From Escherichia coli (GTDB lineage: Bacteria > Pseudomonadota > Gammaproteobacteria > Enterobacterales > Enterobacteriaceae): a DNA stretch of 64,000 nt. The stretch lies in the NCBI RefSeq assembly GCF_041886205.1, contig NZ_CP169029.1; one strand, given 5' to 3'. Both the position numbers and the translations under genes were made by a program. Shown here one piece after another: positions 28,419 to 42,484 of this stretch. Position 1 is the first letter of the stretch; each line of letters begins with the position of its first letter. Under the pieces are notes generated by a model that saw nothing but the letters and a program-made list of their open reading frames with translations, was not told where the DNA came from and made no database searches.

Positions 28419-29546
28419 TTAGGCGAAAATATCAACGCCGCTGTTGCCTGTTACGCGCCCTTGTAAAGAGACGGGAACCGGAAGCGTATCGTCTTCTTCC
28501 CCCGCCAGAGGTTCATGGTTTACTGTGCGTTGGCTTTGCTGTTGTTGGGAAGCGGCCTGCTGCTGACCACTAAAGCTTTCGCCACTGATGTTGCTTTGCC
28601 CTAACTGAATGCCACTTTCGGCCAGCTGCGTACGCAGTACCGGCAGCGCAGCTTCCAGGGCGGCGCGTACATGCTGATGCGGTGAAACCATCTGGATTTG
28701 CGCCTGGTTATCATCCACTTTGAGGGAGATTTGCACTTCACCTAAATCCTGCGGGTGCAGACGCAACTCTGCACTTTGCTGCCCCTGGCGGGTGAACAGC
28801 GAAATATGCTGGCTTAATGATTGTTGCCATTCGTGAGAACCCAGCGGTGCACTCAAAACAGGCGCGGCGACGGTGGGCAGTGGCTGTGTCTGGTGTGGAG
28901 TAATTAGCGGGCTGGCGGCAGCGGTCACCGGTGACGGTGTGCTGATGACTTCCGCTTTACTCTGGGCTTCTGCTACCAGCGGTGTTAATGGCTGAGCTGG
29001 CGTGCCGGGGGCATCATCAGGCTGTGCTGTTGTGAGTTGCGCAGAAGTCAGTTTTGTGAAGAGCGTTGGTTTCTCTGCCGGTAACACGGTTGACGGCACA
29101 TCAGTCACTTTGGGCGTATTGTCAAAACCCGGCAACATCGCAAAAAGGGCGCTCAGGCTTGCGGTGACGTCTTCATTCAGATCATCCGCTTTTTCGTCTT
29201 TTGTCGTATTTTTGTCAGCCACCGCAGCCAACGTCATCGTCTGAGCGGTGGTTAACGGTGTTGATGTGGATTGTTCGTCGTTGATGACAGGCAGTGTTTC
29301 ATCCACAGGGATCAGTAAATCCGCTTGGTGCGCGTCGGCAAGAATATCGCTGATCAGCGGCTCGCCTTTTGTCGTGGGCTTATCTGTTGTCACCAGCAAC
29401 TGGGGGGCCGCTTTGTCGGTTGTTGCCTCGCCTGTTAATGCTTCGCTCAACAACGCGAGAAAATCTTGTGCAGCATCGCTGGCTTTGCCGCCAGGCAATG
29501 TGGTGGTGTCAACGTCGGCGGTAATCAAGGGCGCTAAGCGAATCAT
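28419..29546 (-). CDS. fliK: Flagellar hook-length control protein FliK (375 aa)
   Basis: [33 protein letters not shown]... Pro/Thr/Gln-rich linker, conserved C-terminal domain. Confidence 0.93.
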   Translation of the reverse strand: MIRLAPLITADVDTTTLPGGKASDAAQDFLALLSEALTGEATTDKAAPQLLVTTDKPTTKGEPLISDILADAHQADLLIPVDETLPVINDEQSTSTPLTTAQTMTLAAVADKNTTKDEKADDLNEDVTASLSALFAMLPGFDNTPKVTDVPSTVLPAEKPTLFTKLTSAQLTTAQPDDAPGTPAQPLTPLVAEAQSKAEVISTPSPVTAAASPLITPHQTQPLPTVAAPVLSAPLGSHEWQQSLSQHISLFTRQGQQSAELRLHPQDLGEVQISLKVDDNQAQIQMVSPHQHVRAALEAALPVLRTQLAESGIQLGQSNISGESFSGQQQAASQQQQSQRTVNHEPLAGEEDDTLPVPVSLQGRVTGNSGVDIFA

Positions 29547-29986
29547 TCAGGTTTCCTCATGGCGGCGCGCTGGGCGAACTCATCCATCTTTTTCTGATCG
29601 AGGCGGTTTTCTGCAAGCAGTGCCGCCGTGGATTGCCGTTCCTGCAGTGTCTGCCAGGCCTGCAAACGTTGTTTCTTTTCTCGCCAGCTGTTCAGGGCAA
29701 GGTCAACTTTCTGCGTCCACTGATTAAGTTGCTGGCGATGCTGAGTAATGGCTTTTTCCAGCGTCTGGATAAACTGCTGATAGTTGATCCAGCGGTTGCT
29801 GGTCATCCCGGCACTCATATCGCTGTTGAGGTTATTGCGATATTCATTCTGATAATCGATCAGCATTTTGAGCTGTTCTTCCGCCTGCTGACATCCGCGA
29901 CGCATTTCACCCAGCAGGCGCGCGGCATCCTCTACCTCTTTTTCTGCCAGATCTTTCAGGGTCGCCAGCGCGCCATGTTCTGTCAT
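29543..29986 (-). CDS. fliJ: Flagellar export chaperone-escort protein FliJ (147 aa)
   Basis: [42 protein letters not shown]... Confidence 0.95.
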   Translation of the reverse strand: MTEHGALATLKDLAEKEVEDAARLLGEMRRGCQQAEEQLKMLIDYQNEYRNNLNSDMSAGMTSNRWINYQQFIQTLEKAITQHRQQLNQWTQKVDLALNSWREKKQRLQAWQTLQERQSTAALLAENRLDQKKMDEFAQRAAMRKPE

Positions 29987-30004
29987 CTGCCGTTATCTCC
30001 TGGG

Positions 30005-31377
30005 TTATGACACTGTCGGGAAAATACGCTCCAGCCCCTGGAGAGACGCTTCCCAGTCCGCGCGTTCAAAAATGCCTTGTTGCAAATAGCCCTCCAGCTG
30101 CGGCCACAGGGCGATGGCTTTGTCGAGCATCGGATCGCTGCCTTTGGCATACGCGCCGACGCTAACCAGATCGCGGTTACGCTGAAAACTCGACAACAGC
30201 TGTTTGAAGGTGCGCACTCGCGCGTAATGTTGCTCACTGATCAACGCCGTCATTGCGCGGCTGATCGACGCTTCAATATCGATAGCCGGATAGTGCCCGG
30301 CTTCCGCCAGTCGGCGAGACAGCACAATGTGACCGTCGAGGATTGCCCGCGCGGAGTCGGCAATGGGGTCCTGCTGGTCATCGCCTTCAGTGAGCACGGT
30401 ATAAAACGCGGTAATCGATCCGCCGCCGCTAATGCCATTTCCGGCACGCTCGACCAGTGCCGGTAATTTGGCAAACACCGACGGGGGATAACCTTTAGTG
30501 GCGGGTGGTTCGCCAATCGCCAGCGCAATTTCACGCTGGGCCATCGCGTAGCGGGTGAGGGAGTCCATAATCAGCAACACATGCTGACCACGATCGCGAA
30601 AATCTTCGGCAATGCGCGTGGCATAGGCGGCACCCTGCATTCGCAGGAGAGGAGAGACATCCGCCGGAGCGGCAATCACCACGGAGCGTGCACGCCCTTC
30701 GGCACCGAGGATATTCTCAATAAAATCTTTTACTTCGCGTCCGCGTTCACCAATCAAACCCACGACAATGACATCGGCGCGGGTGTAACGTGCCATCATC
30801 CCCAGCAGCACACTTTTACCAACGCCGGACCCGGCAAACAGCCCCATACGCTGCCCACGCCCAACGGTAAGCAGGGCATTGATTGGGCGCACGCCGGTGT
30901 CCAGCACATGTTCAATCGGTGTACGTTGCAACGGGTTAAATGGCGGGGTAATCAGCGCACCGGTTTCCGTCGTATCGGGGGAGGGGAGGCCATCGAGCGG
31001 TTTACCGCTGCCGTCCAGAACGCGACCTAATAACGCCGGACCGAGCGGCAACTGCTTGCCGCTTTGCAGTCCTTCAGCCGAAATGTTTTTGGCATAAACC
31101 CGCGCGCCGGGCAGGACACCTTCGACTTCCTCCAGCGGCATTAAAAACAGCCGTTGACCGTTAAAGCCAACGACTTCGCTTTCTACTTCGTGCGTTTCGC
31201 TGCCGTTCTGGCGCTCAATGACACAGGTTGCGCCGAGCGGCAATTGTAATCCGGTGGCTTCCAGCACCAGCCCGGTAGCGCGGGTTAATCTCCCGTAGCG
31301 ACGTACCGCAGGCAACTGCGCCATTTTGGCTTCAAAGTTATCCAGCGTGGTTAGCCAGCGAGTCAGGCGCGTGGTCA

Positions 31378-31378
<1 letters not shown>
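30005..31378 (-). CDS. fliI: Flagellum-specific export ATPase FliI (457 aa)
   Basis: Walker A GSGVGKS, Walker [12 protein letters not shown]; full-length match. Confidence 0.97.
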
Positions 31379-34703
<3,325 letters not shown>

Positions 34704-34917
34704 CGCGCACCTCGTGGCTGATTATGGACGGCGTTATTGGCAAAGTGGAACAAGACTCACTCCCGGGTCAGCAAACTCGAAAAATTGACGCTCCCATTAT
34801 TTGTGCTTTCGTTTTTTTCTATCCGCCAATAAACCCGTTTTTTTGTTGCTATTTAGCGCCTTTGTCTTATTGACTTACTGGTAGGCTTTGCTACCAGAAA
34901 TTATCCGGGAGATAAAA

Positions 34918-35232
34918 ATGTCAGCGATACAGGGGATTGAAGGGGTTATCAGCCAGTTACAGGCCACGGCGATGAGTGCGCGTGCGCAGGAATCACTGCC
35001 GCAACCGACCATTAGTTTTGCCGGGCAGCTGCACGCCGCGCTCGATCGCATAAGCGATACACAAACAGCCGCCCGCACGCAGGCAGAAAAATTCACTCTC
35101 GGTGAACCCGGCGTGGCGTTAAACGATGTGATGACCGATATGCAAAAAGCCTCAGTTTCTATGCAAATGGGGATTCAGGTGCGTAATAAGCTGGTGGCGG
35201 CGTATCAGGAAGTGATGTCCATGCAGGTGTAG
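34918..35232 (+). CDS. fliE: Flagellar hook-basal body protein FliE (104 aa)
   Basis: [47 protein letters not shown]...; divergent from fliF. Confidence 0.95.
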   Translation: MSAIQGIEGVISQLQATAMSARAQESLPQPTISFAGQLHAALDRISDTQTAARTQAEKFTLGEPGVALNDVMTDMQKASVSMQMGIQVRNKLVAAYQEVMSMQV

Positions 35233-35525
35233 GTTGTGTGACCTGTTGTTGATTACATCCGATTTTACCGCGTGGGCATGGATGGGGCAAACTCACTCAA
35301 TTTCTGGTTTAAAATGGATACCTGATCCTGAAAGTTTTCTGCCATCCACGATCCGTATACGCGATAAACCCTCTGATCATCAGAGCCCTCATTTGATACA
35401 CATCACCACGTCGGATGTTGTTACGACCGCAGACGCAACAGTAACGTTTGAATAATTTAATCTTTGTTGATGTTTTTATTCATATTCCGGGCTAGGGAAA
35501 TAATCAGGCGTAATTGTGTCACTGG

Positions 35526-35594
35526 AATAGAGGTTTCTTGTGGCGCATGTGGAAGGAGCGTCTACTTTGTCTAATAGAGATTTCTTATGACGCA
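35526..35594. repeat. Imperfect 22-bp direct repeat pair, spaced 47 bp start-to-start, in the yedK-fliE convergent intergenic region
   Basis: AATAGAGGTTTCTTGTGGCGCA (35526-35547) versus AATAGAGATTTCTTATGACGCA (35573-35594): 19 of 22 identical, all three differences are G/A transitions. Confidence 0.5.
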
Positions 35595-35623
35595 GTATTA
35601 TTGATCAATAGTCTCCTGGCTTA

Positions 35624-36292
35624 TCAAACCGGTTGAATTAACTCCGCTCCCTGGTTTTTGATATTACCCACCGCGCGCGATACCGGGTGCCAGGTGAACT
35701 GGTTTGCTGGCACACAACCACTGGTAGCGATTTCTGAGGCTTCTTTACCGCTAATCTCTTGCCGCATCCATTCCCGCGCAGCTTCTGGCGACAGTACCAG
35801 TGGGCGGCGGTCATGAATATCTACCAGACCCTGGTCTGCTGCTGCAGTGACAATCAAAAATCCTTCGGCTTCGTCACCGCGCTCGAACGGTGTGCTGCCT
35901 ATCGCGGCCAGAAAAACAGGTTGTCCATCAGCACGATAGATAAAATAAGGCTGCTTTTTGTCGCCTTCTTTTTTCCACTCAAACCAGCCATCGGCAAAAC
36001 AGATTGCCCGACCATGTTGCCAGAGCGGTTTAAACATGCGACTGGTTGCGGCAGTTTCTACGCGGGCGTTAATCAGCGGCGGTTTATCCCACCATCCGGG
36101 AGCATATCCCCAGAAAACCGGATCCAGATGAAGGTGTTCATCACGTTCACTGAGCAGTAGGACTTTGGTTCCCGGCGCGACGTTGTATCTGCCAATGGGT
36201 TCGGGATCATAGGGAATATCGCGTTCAATATCTTCCGCGAGAAGCGCAAGGTAATCTTCACGCGTTTGGGATTGGGCAAAGCGTCCACACAT
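35624..36292 (-). CDS. yedK: Abasic-site processing protein YedK (SRAP/SOS-response associated peptidase, 222 aa)
   Basis: MCGRFAQSQTREDYLALLAEDIERDIPYDPEPIGRYNVAPGTKVLLL... catalytic Cys2. Confidence 0.93.
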   Translation of the reverse strand: MCGRFAQSQTREDYLALLAEDIERDIPYDPEPIGRYNVAPGTKVLLLSERDEHLHLDPVFWGYAPGWWDKPPLINARVETAATSRMFKPLWQHGRAICFADGWFEWKKEGDKKQPYFIYRADGQPVFLAAIGSTPFERGDEAEGFLIVTAAADQGLVDIHDRRPLVLSPEAAREWMRQEISGKEASEIATSGCVPANQFTWHPVSRAVGNIKNQGAELIQPV

Positions 36293-36398
36293 AGAAACCT
36301 CCTGAGATCATACTGAAAAGAATAGGAGAGGGGGCGGGTAAAATCTATGTGTCAGAGGTAACGATGTTCCCGCTGTGGGCCACAGCGGGAATGAGGGA

Positions 36399-36632
36399 TT
36401 ACTTCTGAATTAAATAATGAATGGTCGGCCCGTCTTGCTGAATATCCAGCACCGTATAGCCGTGATTACGCGCATCCAGTGGAATATTATTGATCGACTG
36501 CGGACAGTCGCTCACCACCTCCAGAATTTCCCCTTTTTTTAACTGCGGCATCGCCTCAAGAGTTGCGACTGCCGGATAAGGGCAGGGTTCACCCACCATA
36601 TCAAGGCGGTAATCAGGAACGATATTTTTCAT
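36399..36632 (-). CDS. yedF: TusA-like sulfur/selenium carrier protein YedF (77 aa)
   Basis: MKNIVPDYRLDMVGEPCPYPAVATLEAMPQLKKGEILEVVSDCPQS... CPxP motif. Confidence 0.92.
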   Translation of the reverse strand: MKNIVPDYRLDMVGEPCPYPAVATLEAMPQLKKGEILEVVSDCPQSINNIPLDARNHGYTVLDIQQDGPTIHYLIQK

Positions 36633-37834
36633 GCGATCTCCTTAGCAGTCTGCGGTGCCGCACGGCGGAAGAAGCGTTTTTCCCAGCCGATAATCAACAT
36701 CAGCGCAGCAAACAACAGCAAATATGTCACCAGCAGACCACCCATCGGGCCAAAGGTTTTCAGCAGGTTGATTTTGTCCCAGTCGGTGGCCAGCGCCGGA
36801 GCGAAATCATCCCAGTAATACGCCAGAATCGTTGAGCCGATCACGTTGCCCAGACCGACCCACCAGTAGTGCACCTGGCCTTCTACCGCGCGGTACATCC
36901 AGCCGGTTTCGCAGCCGCCTGCCAGCACGATGCCAAAACCAAACAGTAAACCACCAATTACCGCGTTTGGTCCCGCCCACATGATTTTGGGTTCAACACC
37001 TAACTGTACGTAACTGAAGATCCCGATGGCACTCACCGCCATACCAATAATGATTGCTTTCGCCATGTGGGTACGTCCGGTGATCCACATATCGCGGAAC
37101 GCCGAAGTAAAGCAGATTTGCGCACGTTCAATCAGTAAACCAAAGCCGACGCCAAACAGCATTGCCAGCCCCAGTTTGGGTTGGTTCATCGCCGTGAGCA
37201 GCGCCCAGCCCAGCATGCCGAAAAAGACCAGCATCCCGAGACGAAAACGACGCCGCGCCTGATCCGGTTTTTGCGTCAGCGGTGAGGCGGCAGAAACTTT
37301 CTGCATTTTCACGGGAATACGGAAGATGGGCAGCAGGGTAAAGCGCGCGCCAAACCATGAACCAATGGCAGTGGCGATGGCAAAGAACCAGGCATGCAGC
37401 GAGAACTGAGGAATGCCGGTAAAGAACGCCGCCAGGTTACAGCCCATTGCCAGACGCGCGCCAAAACCGGCGATAATACCGCCAATAATGGCCTGCATAA
37501 TGCGGATACGGCTGCGCGGCATGCGTAGTTTGACATTGTTGGCCCACAGCGCTGCAGCAAAGCAGCCGCCAAACATACCGAGGATCATCATCCCGTCGAT
37601 GCGGGTTAATGGCGATCCTTCCAGATGGATAATTTTAAAATAACCCCACTCTTCAGCATGGATGCCGAACAGCTGCAGGAGCTGACCGCCCCAACGGGTA
37701 AATTCACCCGTGACAGCCCAAAAGGTGCCAGTAATGCCAAAATAGTAAGTGGAGAGAATACCCGCCGCGATGACCGCAGGGATGGGTGCCCAGAATTTAA
37801 TCAACCAGGCGTGTTTGAATTGCTGCCATGACAT
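36629..37834 (-). CDS. yedE: YeeE/YedE-family inner-membrane transporter (401 aa)
   Basis: MSWQQFKHAWLIKFWAPIPAVIAAGILSTYYFGITGTFWAVTGEF...; 4-nt overlap with yedF. Confidence 0.92.
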   Translation of the reverse strand: MSWQQFKHAWLIKFWAPIPAVIAAGILSTYYFGITGTFWAVTGEFTRWGGQLLQLFGIHAEEWGYFKIIHLEGSPLTRIDGMMILGMFGGCFAAALWANNVKLRMPRSRIRIMQAIIGGIIAGFGARLAMGCNLAAFFTGIPQFSLHAWFFAIATAIGSWFGARFTLLPIFRIPVKMQKVSAASPLTQKPDQARRRFRLGMLVFFGMLGWALLTAMNQPKLGLAMLFGVGFGLLIERAQICFTSAFRDMWITGRTHMAKAIIIGMAVSAIGIFSYVQLGVEPKIMWAGPNAVIGGLLFGFGIVLAGGCETGWMYRAVEGQVHYWWVGLGNVIGSTILAYYWDDFAPALATDWDKINLLKTFGPMGGLLVTYLLLFAALMLIIGWEKRFFRRAAPQTAKEIA

Positions 37835-38017
37835 GAATGTAGCCTCTGAACTCAGAAGGTTTGAAACAAGAGTCGCGAATCATACATCAAGCAAATTTAT
37901 TTTCGGGGTAATAATTCACAAAAATAATAGTTAGATCAAATTTCTCTCTGAACCTGGAAAGGCTGGCGACATCAGGGCTTTAATGCCACAATCCTCTTTT
38001 CTTCTCATGCAGGACGA

Positions 38018-38434
38018 ATGATGAAAAAACTCGCAATTGCAGGCGCGCTCATGTTGCTGGCGGGCTGTGCCGAAGTCGAAAACTATAACAATGTCGTGAA
38101 AACCCCCGCGCCGGACTGGCTGGCGGGCTACTGGCAGACCAAAGGGCCGCAACGTGCGCTGGTCAGTCCGGAAGCGATAGGCAGCCTCATTGTCACTAAA
38201 GAGGGCGATACCCTCGATTGCCGTCAGTGGCAGCGGGTGATTGCCGTACCGGGTAAGTTGACATTGATGTCTGATGATCTCACTAACGTTACCGTAAAAC
38301 GTGAGCTGTACGAGGTTGAGCGTGACGGTAACACCATTGAGTACGATGGTATGACGATGGAGCGTGTGGATCGCCCGACGGCAGAGTGTGCCGCCGCGCT
38401 GGATAAAGCGCCGTTACCGACGCCACTGCCGTAA
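38018..38434 (+). CDS. yedD: Lipoprotein YedD (138 aa)
   Basis: MMKKLAIAGALMLLAGCAEVENYNNVVK... lipobox LLAGC. Confidence 0.88.
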   Translation: MMKKLAIAGALMLLAGCAEVENYNNVVKTPAPDWLAGYWQTKGPQRALVSPEAIGSLIVTKEGDTLDCRQWQRVIAVPGKLTLMSDDLTNVTVKRELYEVERDGNTIEYDGMTMERVDRPTAECAAALDKAPLPTPLP

Positions 38435-38467
38435 TGAAATCTCCCCGGCTTGCCGCCGGGGATGAAT

Positions 38468-39955
38468 TTAAATCACCTCTTCGATAACCCACACGCTGAC
38501 GCTGCCGCCGTTGCAAAAGAAGGTTGCTTCGCCGTTTTCGTCGGTCACTACGCTCTCTTGCCGGTTCCCCAGAAAATCACGCCAGGTTTTATTGCCGTAA
38601 TTCTCTCCCAGATGAATGGTTTTTTCGCCATCATCCCCGTTCGACATGACCACCACGCAGCCGGGATATTCGTCAGTGCCACTGCGGCTAAAGGCAATGC
38701 AGTTCGGATGGTCGAAAAATAACGTCTGTACACCGTGGGCGAAACGCTGACGAGCGAGAATTAACTCATCAAGCTGTTCGATTATTGGCATATCTATCGG
38801 ATAGGTTTGCCCGTCACCACCGACATCTTCGTAATGCGCACCGTAGAGGTCCGGATAGAATACCGAAGGAACGCCATTTTCCCGCAACAAAATTAAGGCA
38901 TACGCCAGCGGTTTAAACCACGGTTCGACTGGCGCTTCGAGGGCTTGCAACGGTTGGGTGTCATGGTTGGCAACGAGGGTTACGGCGTGAAAAGGATCGG
39001 CTTCCACCAGCGTCCCAGTGAAAATCTGCGTCATGTCGTAGTCGCGTCCCATGCGCGATGCTTCATGGAATTTCATCTGCAGCGGCGCATCAAACAGCAT
39101 GGTTTTGCCTTCCACCTGATCAATATACGTTTGCAGTTTATCGACTTCATGCGACCAGTATTCCGCCACAATAAACAGCGGCTTTGGCGCAACTTCTTGT
39201 ACGTGTTCGATCCACTCTTTATAAAACCACGCCGGTATATGTTTGACCGCATCAAGACGAAAACCGTCGCATTGTGTTTGTTCCATCACCCAGCGCGCCC
39301 AGTATTTAATCTCTTCCGTCACGGCATGATTGCGGAAATCGATATTCTCGCCCATCAGATAATCGAAATTACCTAACTCATCATCAACCTGATCGTTCCA
39401 GCCTTCGCCGGTGTAGTCGTTAACAATTTTAAATATGCCATCTTCATCAGGATTTTCGATATGGTCGATACCGCTAAAACATTTGAAATCCCAGATAAAC
39501 TGCGAGTATTGCCCGGCACGAGCGGGGAAGGTGTAACGCGTCCAGCCTTCGCACTCAATGATTTCTTCGTCAATTTGCGTACGGTCATCAGCATTTACAC
39601 GCTGCACGCGAATAGCTTCTTTTTCATCCGCGCCCATTTTGTGGTTGACTACCACATCCAACAGCACCGCAATGTCATTACGTTTCAGAGCGTCAATGGC
39701 GGCCAGCAGTTGTGCTTTATCGCCATATTTAGTAGGGATGCTGCCTTTCTGATCAAACTCGCCTAAATCAAATAAATCATAGGAGTCGTAGCCGACCGAA
39801 TACCCGCCCGATGCGCCTTTATAGGCGGGCGGCAACCAGACCATATTGATACCAATATCATTAAAACCGTCGGCGCGCTCGGCCAGTTCAGGCCAGAGCT
39901 TACCGCCTTCCGGGTAATACCAGTGAAAACATTGTAACAGCGTGGGATTACGCAT
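38468..39955 (-). CDS. amyA: Cytoplasmic alpha-amylase AmyA (495 aa)
   Basis: [47 protein letters not shown]... GH13 motifs. Confidence 0.95.
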   Translation of the reverse strand: MRNPTLLQCFHWYYPEGGKLWPELAERADGFNDIGINMVWLPPAYKGASGGYSVGYDSYDLFDLGEFDQKGSIPTKYGDKAQLLAAIDALKRNDIAVLLDVVVNHKMGADEKEAIRVQRVNADDRTQIDEEIIECEGWTRYTFPARAGQYSQFIWDFKCFSGIDHIENPDEDGIFKIVNDYTGEGWNDQVDDELGNFDYLMGENIDFRNHAVTEEIKYWARWVMEQTQCDGFRLDAVKHIPAWFYKEWIEHVQEVAPKPLFIVAEYWSHEVDKLQTYIDQVEGKTMLFDAPLQMKFHEASRMGRDYDMTQIFTGTLVEADPFHAVTLVANHDTQPLQALEAPVEPWFKPLAYALILLRENGVPSVFYPDLYGAHYEDVGGDGQTYPIDMPIIEQLDELILARQRFAHGVQTLFFDHPNCIAFSRSGTDEYPGCVVVMSNGDDGEKTIHLGENYGNKTWRDFLGNRQESVVTDENGEATFFCNGGSVSVWVIEEVI

Positions 39956-40032
39956 TCTTCGACTCCATTCAAGGGGAACATTAGAAGCGTAGCCGTAATC
40001 AGATTATTCGCGAGCCATTAGCTCGTTAAGAT

Positions 40033-40398
40033 TCACGAGAAGTTATCTTGCGGAGCCAGCACAAAGCCGCCCTGATCGCCATAGGCACTTAACACCGATT
40101 TTTGCACCGATGACTGACCGACCAGTTTCGCCAGTTCATTCATCCGAATCTGTAATAACTGCTTTACCTTGCTTTCGTTATCGAGAATCAGGCGCAGCAT
40201 CGGGCGGAGCTGCTCCTGCATCGTGGTGGACGGGTCAATCTCATCAGTCAGATGTGCAATCTCCTGCACCGCATTCACATACGCCATTTCGCTGGCGATG
40301 AGTTCGTCCCATTGTTCTTCCGTTGCCAGGCGTAACATGAGCTGGCTTTTTTCGACGAGTTGTTGCCAGGCGAAATACAAATGCGGTGCGTGGTTCAT
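40033..40398 (-). CDS. fliT: Flagellar chaperone / FlhDC anti-activator FliT (121 aa)
   Basis: [44 protein letters not shown]... Confidence 0.93.
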   Translation of the reverse strand: MNHAPHLYFAWQQLVEKSQLMLRLATEEQWDELIASEMAYVNAVQEIAHLTDEIDPSTTMQEQLRPMLRLILDNESKVKQLLQIRMNELAKLVGQSSVQKSVLSAYGDQGGFVLAPQDNFS

Positions 40399-40808
40399 CA
40401 GACTGGGTCCTGAATCAAAGAAGGGGAGAGTAATGACTCTTTCCAGGCATCGGCAATATTGCGCATTAATGCTTCCACTTCTTCGACTGCGGAGACATCG
40501 TTGCGTAAATTGGCTTGCAGCAAACGCCTGACCATATAGCTATAAAGAGCAATCAAGTTTTGGGTTAGTTCGTCTTTGCTCTCTTCATCAAGACTCACCC
40601 GCAGTCCGTTCTCAATGATGTTGATCGCTTTTGACAAAGAGACGCCTTTGCCTTGCTGATTGTTGTCCTGCATAAACAGGCGCGCTCTAACCAGTGCGCT
40701 TAGCACTCCATCAAATAGCATGGTGACCAGCTGCTGCTGGCTGGCGCTCATTACGGCGCTTTCGACGCCAATTTGTGCATAGGCCTGGGTGCCTTTTGCC
40801 GCGTACAT
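40398..40808 (-). CDS. fliS: Flagellin-specific chaperone FliS (136 aa)
   Basis: [46 protein letters not shown]... Confidence 0.95.
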   Translation of the reverse strand: MYAAKGTQAYAQIGVESAVMSASQQQLVTMLFDGVLSALVRARLFMQDNNQQGKGVSLSKAINIIENGLRVSLDEESKDELTQNLIALYSYMVRRLLQANLRNDVSAVEEVEALMRNIADAWKESLLSPSLIQDPV

Positions 40809-40823
40809 AGTATCTCCTGAAGA

Positions 40824-42239
40824 TTATTTCGAGTTGCTATTTGAGGTGTCGAACTGCTGTGTCAGATAGCTACTGGTGGAGTTAAGCGAGTTCATTAACA
40901 CATCTAATTGGGTGAACTGGGCTTTATAGCGCGTCATTAAGGTATCGATACGCTCACTGGCTGCGTTGTACTGGTCGGTCAAATTATTCAGCGTTTTGCT
41001 GACGCCATCTTTTGCGGCCTGGATTATCCCGGTGGAAGAGAGCCAACTGGTCAGGTTGCTACTAATGCCGGTGGTTACCCCTGTACTTTTACCGTCACCT
41101 ATAAACATTTCACCGATGCCAGTGGCATCTTTTTTTAGCGCCGTTTGCAGTTTGTCGGTCGCGATTTCCAGCTTGCCGGTACTGGCATCGCTGGTAACGC
41201 CAATCTGTGCCAGCGTTTTATAGTTTGAACTGCTGTGAGTATTGGCGAGCAAGGTTTTAAGCTGAGTCTGGATGGTACGCAGTGTGGAGTCACCGAGTAA
41301 TGCGCCATTACTGGAGTCCTGACTTTCTGCTCCGGCATCGACAGCGGTGTATTTGGTTAAGCTACTGAATGTATCCTGCAATGTGTTATAGGCATCCACC
41401 CATGCTTTGACCGCATTTTCAGCTTTGGATGTGTCTTTATTGATGGTCAGTGTCTGATTACCGGTGGTGACGTCATTCAGGTTGAGTGTGATATCTTCCA
41501 GCGCGTCGCTGATAGTGTTACTGCTGTTTTCAATCTCAACGTTATTGACTGTCAGTTTGGCGTTTTGCGCGGTGACGCTTTCAATCATGCCATTGCTGCT
41601 ATCACCCGACGTTCCGTTGTAACCCATAAAACTTTCCAGGGCGCTGTCGCCGCTGACGCTAAGTTTCATAGCGTTATCGTTGCCCGTATCGTTAGCGGTG
41701 ATGGACAGACGATATTCGCCGTTTCCCACATTGATGATACTGGCGCTGACACCAGCTTTGGCGTTGTTAATGGCATCGCGAATGCCGGAAAGTGACGAGT
41801 TAGCTGCGCTGATATCAATCGTGACCGGATCTTTACCGCCGCCTTGCTGGATGGTCAGTACGCTATCGCTGGTGGCGATGGCAGCTTTACTGTCTTTTTG
41901 ACTAATTTTTGTGGTCAGCGTTTGTGCCTGCGCCAGTTGGCTAACGCTAATGGTGTATTTCCCGGCAATCGCGCTGCCCGTGGTGGTGGCGCTGAAAGCC
42001 GATGAACTGCTGGTGGTTGAAGTGGCGGTAAATAAATCGGCTTTATTCAGTGCAGTGTTGGCTGTCTGGAAACTCTCTAGTGCACTTTTCAGCGTCCCGT
42101 AGGCGCTCAGTTTCGCGGTGTAAGAGCTTTGCTGTTTTGATATCGGCGTCAGGGTAGATTTTTCTGCCGCCTCCAGACTGTCAAGGATGCTGCTTAAGTC
42201 CAGCCCCGACCCAACCCCAAGCGTTGAAATACTAGCCAT
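40824..42239 (-). CDS. fliD: Flagellar filament cap protein FliD (471 aa)
   Basis: MASISTLGVGSGLDLSSILDSLEAAEKSTLTPISKQQSSYTAKLSAYGTLKSALESFQ... Confidence 0.95.
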   Translation of the reverse strand: MASISTLGVGSGLDLSSILDSLEAAEKSTLTPISKQQSSYTAKLSAYGTLKSALESFQTANTALNKADLFTATSTTSSSSAFSATTTGSAIAGKYTISVSQLAQAQTLTTKISQKDSKAAIATSDSVLTIQQGGGKDPVTIDISAANSSLSGIRDAINNAKAGVSASIINVGNGEYRLSITANDTGNDNAMKLSVSGDSALESFMGYNGTSGDSSNGMIESVTAQNAKLTVNNVEIENSSNTISDALEDITLNLNDVTTGNQTLTINKDTSKAENAVKAWVDAYNTLQDTFSSLTKYTAVDAGAESQDSSNGALLGDSTLRTIQTQLKTLLANTHSSSNYKTLAQIGVTSDASTGKLEIATDKLQTALKKDATGIGEMFIGDGKSTGVTTGISSNLTSWLSSTGIIQAAKDGVSKTLNNLTDQYNAASERIDTLMTRYKAQFTQLDVLMNSLNSTSSYLTQQFDTSNSNSK

Positions 42240-42381
42240 ATAAATTCCTTAATCATGCGACGTATAGAACGAATACCGGGGTTATCGGCGTAAGCGGGGC
42301 AAAGTTTACGATTTATTTTTTGGCTTAATGACACGAACAGCAACGAGGAAGGGGAGTATTTCGACCGCTAGAAAAAAATTC

Positions 42382-42408
42382 TAAAGGTTGTGAGTGACCA
42401 GACGATAA
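42382..42408 (+). promoter_or_regulatory. Sigma-28 (FliA) class-3 promoter of fliC
   Basis: TAAAGGTT-N11-GACGATAA, close to the sigma-28 consensus TAAAGTTT-N11-GCCGATAA, about 80 bp upstream of the fliC ATG. Confidence 0.6.
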
Positions 42409-42484
42409 CAGGGTTGACGGCGACGAAGCCGAAGGGTGGAAGCCCAATACTTAAACCGTAGACTTGAAAACAGGAAAATGAATC

